A DNA stretch of 48,436 bases, taken from NCBI GenBank assembly GCA_964550865.1, contig CAZKCX010000001.1:1-48436 (forward strand), given 5' to 3'. The position numbers and the translations under genes were made by a program. This DNA is from an uncultured Planctomycetales bacterium (lineage in GTDB: Bacteria; Planctomycetota; Phycisphaerae; UBA1845; JAFGLZ01). Each line of letters opens with the position of its first letter. The stretch's first letter is position 1. Below are positions 46,001 through 48,436 of the stretch, piece by piece. The notes below the pieces were generated by a model. The model was not told where the DNA came from. It ran no database searches and worked only from the letters and a program-made list of their open reading frames with translations.

Positions 46001-48436
46001 TCGATGACGTCCCTGTACAGCCGTCGTGCGGCGGCCGGCAAGGGCAGCGCGGCCGGTGGATTGCTGACGATCACCGCCGACGCGGCGAGCAACACGATCT
46101 TCGTCCGCGGCCCGAGGGACCTCCGCGCCGAGGTGATCGCGCGAGTCAAGGAGCTCGACTCGCAGGCATCTGAGATGGGCAAACCCTTCCGCATCGAGCT
46201 GACGAACGCCGACGCCGAGGTGATTGCCCCGAAGCTGCAGGCCATGTTCGAGACGCGGAAGGCGCGCAAGAGCCAGCAGGTGTCGTTCTTCGGCGACAAC
46301 GCGAGCAATACCCTGGTGGTCCGCGCGCCGGAGACCATGCGCGAGCAGATCATGGAGATGGTCAAGGCGCTGGATGTGGAGTCGGTCGACATCGACTTCC
46401 GCGTGTTCCCGCTCGAGCACGCGATGGCGACCGAGGTCCATCAGGCGCTCACCCAGATGACGATGCAGGTCTTCGCCCAGCTTCGCCAGCAGGGAAAGCG
46501 AAACATGAAGATGGACGTCTTCGCGGCCGTTCCCGATCCGCGGACGAATTCGCTGGTGGTCACGGGCGGCGAGACGACGTTCCTGATCGTCGAGAAGATC
46601 CTCTCCCAGCTGGACGTCGAGCCGCGCGGTGTGACCGAGCAGGTGACCGTGCTCTATCAGCTCCAACAGGCGGATGCCTCACAGGTCGCTCAGGCGATCA
46701 CCCGTCTGTACTCGAGCGGACGTGGCAGCCGGTACCTCAAGAAGACAGGGATGGAACCCCCACAGGCGGAGTACGACAGCATCACCAACACCGTGATCGT
46801 CCGCACCACCGAGAAGCTGCACAAGATGATCAAGAAGGAGATCATCGATAAGCTCGAGGACTTCAGCAAGAACAAGAAGATCAAGGACGTCACGCTCGCG
46901 CTGGAGCACGCCAAGGCCGACGACGTCGCCCAGATCCTGACGGAGTACTTCTCGCAGAAGGAGCGCCGACGGCGGGGCAAGGCGAACCCCAACGACTTCG
47001 TCCTGATCGTCGCGGAGCCCGACACCAACTCCCTCCTCATCCAGGCCAACGAGGAGAATCTGGAGGTCATCCAGGGACTCGTTGCGAAGATGGATCGCGA
47101 GGACGTCGCCGGCCGGAGCGCCCGCAAAACCAAGGTGATCCAGCTCGAGTACGCCGATCCGGGCTCGACGGCGTCGGCGATCCGCCAGGCGTTTGAGGAT
47201 GGGCGGCGGAGTCGTCGCAGTCGCGTGGGCCTTCGGGATCGCGTGGACGCCGTGCCGGAGTACACCACAGGCAGCCTGATCGTGACGGCCAGCGCCGAGA
47301 ACATGAAGGAGGTCGACGCGATCATCGAGCAGCTGGACGTCGAGACCGCCACGAAGCGCGAGACCAAGCAGGTCAAGCTCGAGCACGCCGACGCGACGGA
47401 AGTGGCCCGTCAACTCACGCAGATGTTCTCCCAGACGCGGGGCCGGACGCGACGCGGGATCCTGCCGGTGATCGTGACGGCGGACGAGCGGACGAATTCC
47501 GTGATCGTTTCGGCGAAGGCGAAGGACCTTACCGAGGTCGAGAAGCTCGTCAAGACGTTGGACGTCCCGAGCGACCTGCTGGAACGTCGCAAGCTGCGGA
47601 TCTTCCAGCTCGAGTGGGCCGATCCGTACGGGATGGCCCAGATGATCTCCCAGGCGTTCCGTACCCGAGGTGGGCGGCGGAGCCCCAGCCAGGAGGTCTT
47701 CGCGACGGCGGAGTACTCGACGGGCTCGCTGATCGTCTCGGCCTCGCCGGACAACATGGAGTTGATCGAGCAACTGGTCAAGGACGTGGACCAGGAAGGC
47801 ACGACGGGAAAGAAGATGCACGTGCTGGAGGTCAAGAACGCCGAGGCGGCCGACATCGCCGACGCGCTCGAGGACATGTTCGTCCGCGGTCGCCGCCGAT
47901 CGCGAGGCGGCCAGACGCCGGTCTCCCTCGTCAGCCCGGAGGGCACGAACAAGATCATGGTGATGGCCAGCGAGGCGGAGTACAAGAAGATCGCCGAGGC
48001 CGTGCAGGAGATGGACGTCGGCGCGGCCGATACCGCCGTCCGGTCGATCCGGCTGGTGAACATTGCGCCGGAAGAGGCGCAGACGATCCTCGAGGAGTTC
48101 CTGCGCAAGCCGGGGCGCCGCAGGCGATACGACCCGACGCTCATGGGCAACGTCCGCGTGACGGTGAGTCCGTCGGCGGGATCGCTGATCATCACGGCGC
48201 GGAAGGAGAAGCTCGACGAGCTGGAGGCGCTCATCAAGAAGATCGACGCCGAGGCCGCGGAAGAGGGCGCGGGCGTCCGCAAGATCGCCGTCTTCCGCCT
48301 GGATTTCGCCAATCCGTACTACACCGCTCAAGCGATCAGCACGACGTTCCGGAAGTCCGGGCGGGTGGCCGAGAGCGATCTGGTGACGGCGACCGCCGAG
48401 GCGAGCACGAGCGCGGTGATCGTCGCGGCCAGCGAG
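34079..48436 (+). CDS. giant secretin-family (GspD/PilQ-like) protein: signal peptide + N0-like domain + ~53 tandem secretin N-domains; 3' end outside window
   Basis: Not in the ORF track because the frame never closes. No closed plus-strand ORF is listed in this frame after 34079. Manual codon-by-codon translation found no stop over 14,358 nt, which is exactly 4,786 codons. SD GGAGGG at 34064-34069. Signal peptide MISSLLWRLRRRSGVVALAIGMAVAGGDGVLAAEA. N0-like domain KYVLSFQKATWDEILNTFCRWSGLTIMG...TYHEALHELNLLLMQN. Repeated 70-85 aa units follow the consensus h.h.L..A.A..VA..L..MF-(Arg-rich loop)-h.h..D..TNSLhV.A......IE.Lh..LD. Confidence 0.85.
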   Translation, partial: MISSLLWRLRRRSGVVALAIGMAVAGGDGVLAAEAPARKGATTQSARRSPTTLPAKSKSATVDRAKLAEAMRRARTSTQRAAATARARAEALARQRQATQARTSEESNPSKTALSAEERRNRFKRRLQEIRERSRKSPTTSVETRQLAKNSTPKAPAPKANNKNGAQGRPTPPPAAPQPPPEERKYVLSFQKATWDEILNTFCRWSGLTIMGKYPTTTGDGITYINQRPLTYHEALHELNLLLMQNIPSYYLMREKNHLMLRRMSDWPHYVPMDNRFYSVEEFKKAEIDDDEWAMVFYTPEVSDVGEVITEILQTMPDGVVLPATMGETRRLKVTGIVHYIRQFIRLAESDMFKDEAADAAKLRKIKFYKIERAQASSVQQVLERIVLPPKRTRFTSADESQKVDMVLDQLSNTIIVKAREEHHREIEAMIEKIEKAELVSDAQVTFLKLEHARAEDLANLMNPLLQRQASMKPSFDRRQREREQVYLQADPASNSLIVLAAKEGLERVKKLLEQLDVETPEAQYRRIELEHVNADQIFTVVNNIVQSRQGRFRGRRGGGQQLQVMPDPTGNALFVMGNPKDMEFVEELVAELDAEDVERTKTHIIKLKKARPSMVSQGLQAIFGGDTGGRRRRTPTGSFRALPDDQSGVLVVICLDKDWKEIEQQIKEFDEQSVSTDPVMRTIPITHGDAEEIATTLNNALRGRLGRTPVTVGADRKNNMLFVTTLEPAFEEIESLIEKLDKPSKEGKLEVIPLQHASATDVANLITQMFTVTRSRGRFGGGGTAPVIIPDQIANALVVRATKTDLAEIELQAARIDDAARDEGNRPTIIPLEYADPSQVASMCETMFIRRTSRRSRSAEQTTFFMPIPTGLVVRAPSQQMGEIKDFIETVDSPESVNVEIKTVQLPGQDVEQIASILQNMFAGERRRRSGGGSINFLPNPSSDMLVITAPKKRFEEIDKVIQQYTEGVKVAQASMKMIDLNNARADEVAQLLTEMLGAKLGRRGRRSEMRQVQILRDPRQNKLIVFAPDDIMQQAEEMVKQLDVPIGDEGGVRWIELENADASYVASTLQQMWETKQRRGRPRFEQLPVQIWAEAITNSVLVMASQEDYKEIEKLAKELDSKFKSATTQPTIVKLKYAEPSYVITMCQEMFLPRAGQRPGARRSKATESISFIPMRDGLMVRAPQSRMKDILEFIERLDDPGETKLTVKRYHLKGMDVQTLYTTLSEVFSKTDLQRDEPRPGFAVDPPNETVTVTCWTSRLPDIEKVVEDFKKAEAEKEPSKREMIEVKYTRATYAASTLESLLRKELGDRAARLGSRLSIGVEDRLNRVVVFAPPDVMEKAKAILATIDVKMPGATTRASDIDFQVVKWIPMENIDASSAASTINQIWEASQPPRRSQENRPPIRIWPETITNTVLVAGAYGKEYELIETIAQDIDQKAIENPNKPILIKLDYATPSEVTSMVEALFVPPGRRRQKEVMISTVSGGVIVRAPKVKLKEIQEFIDSYDEPDATGLKIQTFYLPQTNVSELASTLSTIFGYKERRRNEPGWSFIPNTDADMLMVLAPETRMKEIEEVIKEYEENVQKMTSKMQMFDLQFTRADYVVGVLNDLLREKLRRTRGRRAVNQLQISYESRQNKVVVFAPDEVMKQVEEMIKQIDIELPDEGDRVKWIQIEYADAGEVAQTVEQMFEQKRGSRRRRDSYSIREVRIWPERVTNSILVSADQEDYEEIEKLAKKIDEEYATKGLERVKITPKYVSVSQIQSLIDSLFYARTHRRDVRHQTQRIRIIPAGAYSFFLEAPKDKLSEVQKLIEEMDTEGENAPIVKTFKMGDVDVRQLAQALSMTTGNIGSYMPDPRRGALIVSAPKHQFDRIEKAMEQLKADIEEEEAQFRVFTLKHAQPNAIDGQLRSLISMRLSRRTRYRGEDLRLSLMADRSNNRLFVYAGPEEMALVESMLEELDVPGLSQEAVLRTLPLERTDCEYMASVIQQVFTPEELKRRRVRRGMSSQDAIPIRVVPEPTTNTLLVTCAEEDFREIELFVARQEDAYREKEKALELITPKYVTESQLMATVNAIYNPPRRRGERQKRYTEIRAIPASGSSFFLEAPKDKMEELKELIAKLDVEDQNRPVVRTYKLKDVDVRQLTRLLQTTMQNKGSFIADPRMGMVIVSAREFQFPEIEEMMTKLQKDFEETRQQFEIIELEHARPSSVYSTLSQLVSIRMSERRSRRGQSLQLSMIPDDSNGRLFVYAAQEEMELVKEMLGKLDIPGMIKEAQLFTIELDRLDCSYMASKIQQVFTPEELKRRRVQRGDSAQDLIPIRVVPEDMTNSLLITCAEEDFQDIQKFVMEREAAYTKKDKVRELITPKFISQNQLMATINAIYNPPRRRGVRQKDVPDIRAIPASGSSFYLEAPKDKMPELLELVKTLDVEDENQPVVRTYRVKDVDVRQLASLLQQTMQNKGSFYADTRMEMLIVSAPEFRFEKIEQTMNDLKENLEAVRQQFKVFPLKFAKASNIYSQLSQLVTTRVRGRRGNAELTILPDQVLNRLFVYAGDEEMKVVEDMLAELDVEGVEPEQQVYSIELENADCSWAASMVQNMFTQEELRRRRRGRTGTVVAPIRVLADQMSNRLLIWASPRDYEDIEKFVMELDERAEETKIERRILQPKFIRANELYGMIQTLFLQQRRRTGQRQEFIETFMVMSGADIILNGPKDRLDEIEQFVKSVDTEERAKLEIKTFELPDVDLNSLISMLNQVFAQDARRQRGNTLFIPDPQNNELMVSAPKSLMKDIEELIDKKREGAAKRSRRLTMVEVKHTDANYLANMLRPLIVEKARSRRGRYVQPEVTITPEPRMNRLLIMAAEAETQIAMELIQELDTEAMALKGQVRTIELKKAEASYVASTLQTMFSRRSQMRQSYSSSTTPVYVVAEEMTNRLFVAASDADFKEIEKLAQEMDEAAELEGVQEEKIEIKFANPSQLVSVIQQMFTPLKSRGRRQESDVRLNVMGTNIIAQAPAKKMVEIKRWIQELDVEEFAETVTKFIPLEIARAREIVGIIQPMLQAKAQELELRQGQRKRRGGELQVLPDVRNNRLIITAQSQIVTMAEELIKELDVEDPAWTGETVEIVDLDKADATQVAQVLDQILRDDEGGRRRRPKKGSSREYTGLAVTIVPDAASNTLILKGLPRELDRVKELVAEIEEKAVAGGVQFQLYRLEESDAEEVATVVQQMVTAASGARGRRAPVQVTSNYMMNAVFVAGTAKQQTMAKAVIDAFEEPAYEIDPVTGEKTLIERKPFEFITLEYSDAYDLLYDIESLVEKRFGEKGPTLETLWNDSSVLMVSGKPDQVKYVKELVQFFEDKNAKKPPVTRTLDLGMLRAEDLKRQLGAWGLADPNKVTLVGEEPVGELVKEITIKHAMELRQQAKDPNFSEKEGGRTRSKKLYRKPKTKKGGSRFEPPSVLAELRAELSGIVCSAKATTTKPVTTQRTKTLKIRKKKAPTTAAVKNAATVKAKAKPKSPPATKKQDPKAKSSGKARADAAKAAAERKQDPKAKSAPKKADSPSAADTKKILGKSKPSKSTAEPVVRQATTAPPKAIQVATPDKSEPKAKQRSSRKPAAKSNAKTAPAKTKPASAKKDPEAKAAKTEAAPSKAGGSEAAKKAATAEATEPVAPRRESSDAESLGLGMRRTRGDEPRQRRQPPVEVIIDAKTGTIQVKGPDRKVAEIEELIGTLQWEIEPPAGKETEIRVYQPEYIDVNVAAALLERVFNERRKRVVPPKRTAQKGKKEEKKEPDEEERMMSNLREMMRSQGAAAAAAGLRIVPDSRTGYLVIRGHPETIEEALELLAKMDVPGLPPGDIRYFHLVNLDAQEVEQSLKAVLKLETRRPKLPAIPKDQNKAIKALQQQIQQLQGATGGVAFTSDQVTITSNASTNTLICMAPDEVMKEIEDFIDTLETEAGGIEIETLTLDAADATQVAKSMTSLYSRRAAAGKGSAAGGLLTITADAASNTIFVRGPRDLRAEVIARVKELDSQASEMGKPFRIELTNADAEVIAPKLQAMFETRKARKSQQVSFFGDNASNTLVVRAPETMREQIMEMVKALDVESVDIDFRVFPLEHAMATEVHQALTQMTMQVFAQLRQQGKRNMKMDVFAAVPDPRTNSLVVTGGETTFLIVEKILSQLDVEPRGVTEQVTVLYQLQQADASQVAQAITRLYSSGRGSRYLKKTGMEPPQAEYDSITNTVIVRTTEKLHKMIKKEIIDKLEDFSKNKKIKDVTLALEHAKADDVAQILTEYFSQKERRRRGKANPNDFVLIVAEPDTNSLLIQANEENLEVIQGLVAKMDREDVAGRSARKTKVIQLEYADPGSTASAIRQAFEDGRRSRRSRVGLRDRVDAVPEYTTGSLIVTASAENMKEVDAIIEQLDVETATKRETKQVKLEHADATEVARQLTQMFSQTRGRTRRGILPVIVTADERTNSVIVSAKAKDLTEVEKLVKTLDVPSDLLERRKLRIFQLEWADPYGMAQMISQAFRTRGGRRSPSQEVFATAEYSTGSLIVSASPDNMELIEQLVKDVDQEGTTGKKMHVLEVKNAEAADIADALEDMFVRGRRRSRGGQTPVSLVSPEGTNKIMVMASEAEYKKIAEAVQEMDVGAADTAVRSIRLVNIAPEEAQTILEEFLRKPGRRRRYDPTLMGNVRVTVSPSAGSLIITARKEKLDELEALIKKIDAEAAEEGAGVRKIAVFRLDFANPYYTAQAISTTFRKSGRVAESDLVTATAEASTSAVIVAASE
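36322..43170 (+). repeat. in-frame tandem super-repeat of a four-N-domain cassette (period ~900-945 nt, ~7.5 copies) inside the giant secretin gene
   Basis: Type-a domains start at ~36322, 37238, 38181, 39086, 39987, 40901, 41803 and 42728. Three copies are in exact 915-nt register, anchored at 39440, 40355 and 41270. Confidence 0.7.
44340..45170 (+). other. Lys/Ala/Pro/Thr-rich low-complexity spacer (~275 aa) embedded in the giant secretin ORF
   Basis: Translation: ...RSKKLYRKPKTKKGG...TKPVTTQRTKTLKIRKKKAPTTAAVKNAATVKAKAKPKSPPATKKQDPKAKSSGKARADAAKAAAERKQDPKAKSAPKKADSPSAADTKK...KPAAKSNAKTAPAKTKPASAKKDPEAKAAKTEAAPSKAGGSEAAKKAATAEATEP... Confidence 0.8.

Noticed and set aside
34094-48331. Very long minus-strand ORFs in the track: 34094..35890, 36182..39805 (1207 aa), 39806..41443, 41552..42154, 44780..46666 and 46679..48331. 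Also off-frame plus-strand ORFs such as 34876..36294.
   Set aside because: These are shadow ORFs of the giant plus-strand gene in GC-rich DNA. Their products are monotonous R/L/D/H/V/G-rich strings without motifs. The plus-strand frame starting at 34079 gives a coherent repeated domain signature over the whole span.

Overview
GC-rich window (about 60-67% GC by eye, except a roughly 50-55% GC island at 8.5-11.4 kb). The gene content looks like Planctomycetota/PVC (inference): DUF1559-type prepilin protein, sulfatase, PEP-CTERM protein, ECF sigma pair. Left half (1-21.8 kb): PlsC-type acyltransferase; a minus-strand operon of metallophosphoesterase, UPF0261, TIM-barrel partner and Dabb protein; a GH2 glycosidase; a compact Dcm methyltransferase / HNH endonuclease / Vsr module flanked by an IS-like remnant; a sialidase-like protein; a truncated molybdopterin-oxidoreductase fragment; an arylsulfatase; three hypothetical envelope proteins; an ECF sigma/anti-sigma pair followed by a pseudopilin-like protein and a PEP-CTERM protein; a decayed transposase remnant; tRNA-Lys(UUU). 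Right half (22.6-48.4 kb): one plus-strand T2SS/T4P-like cluster, gspE, gspF, gspG, H/I/J-like pseudopilins, gspK, a PilM-PilN (GspL-like) fusion and a PilO/GspM-like protein. The cluster ends in the main finding, an ORF that opens at 34079 and is still open at the window end (>4,786 codons). The ORF track misses it because it never closes. It encodes a signal peptide, an N0-like domain and, by manual parse, about 53 tandem secretin N-domains. These are organised in a ~0.9 kb four-domain super-repeat and interrupted by a ~275-aa Lys/Ala/Pro-rich spacer. All calls rest on manual translation and motif recognition. No HMM or BLAST searches were run, and domain boundaries are approximate.
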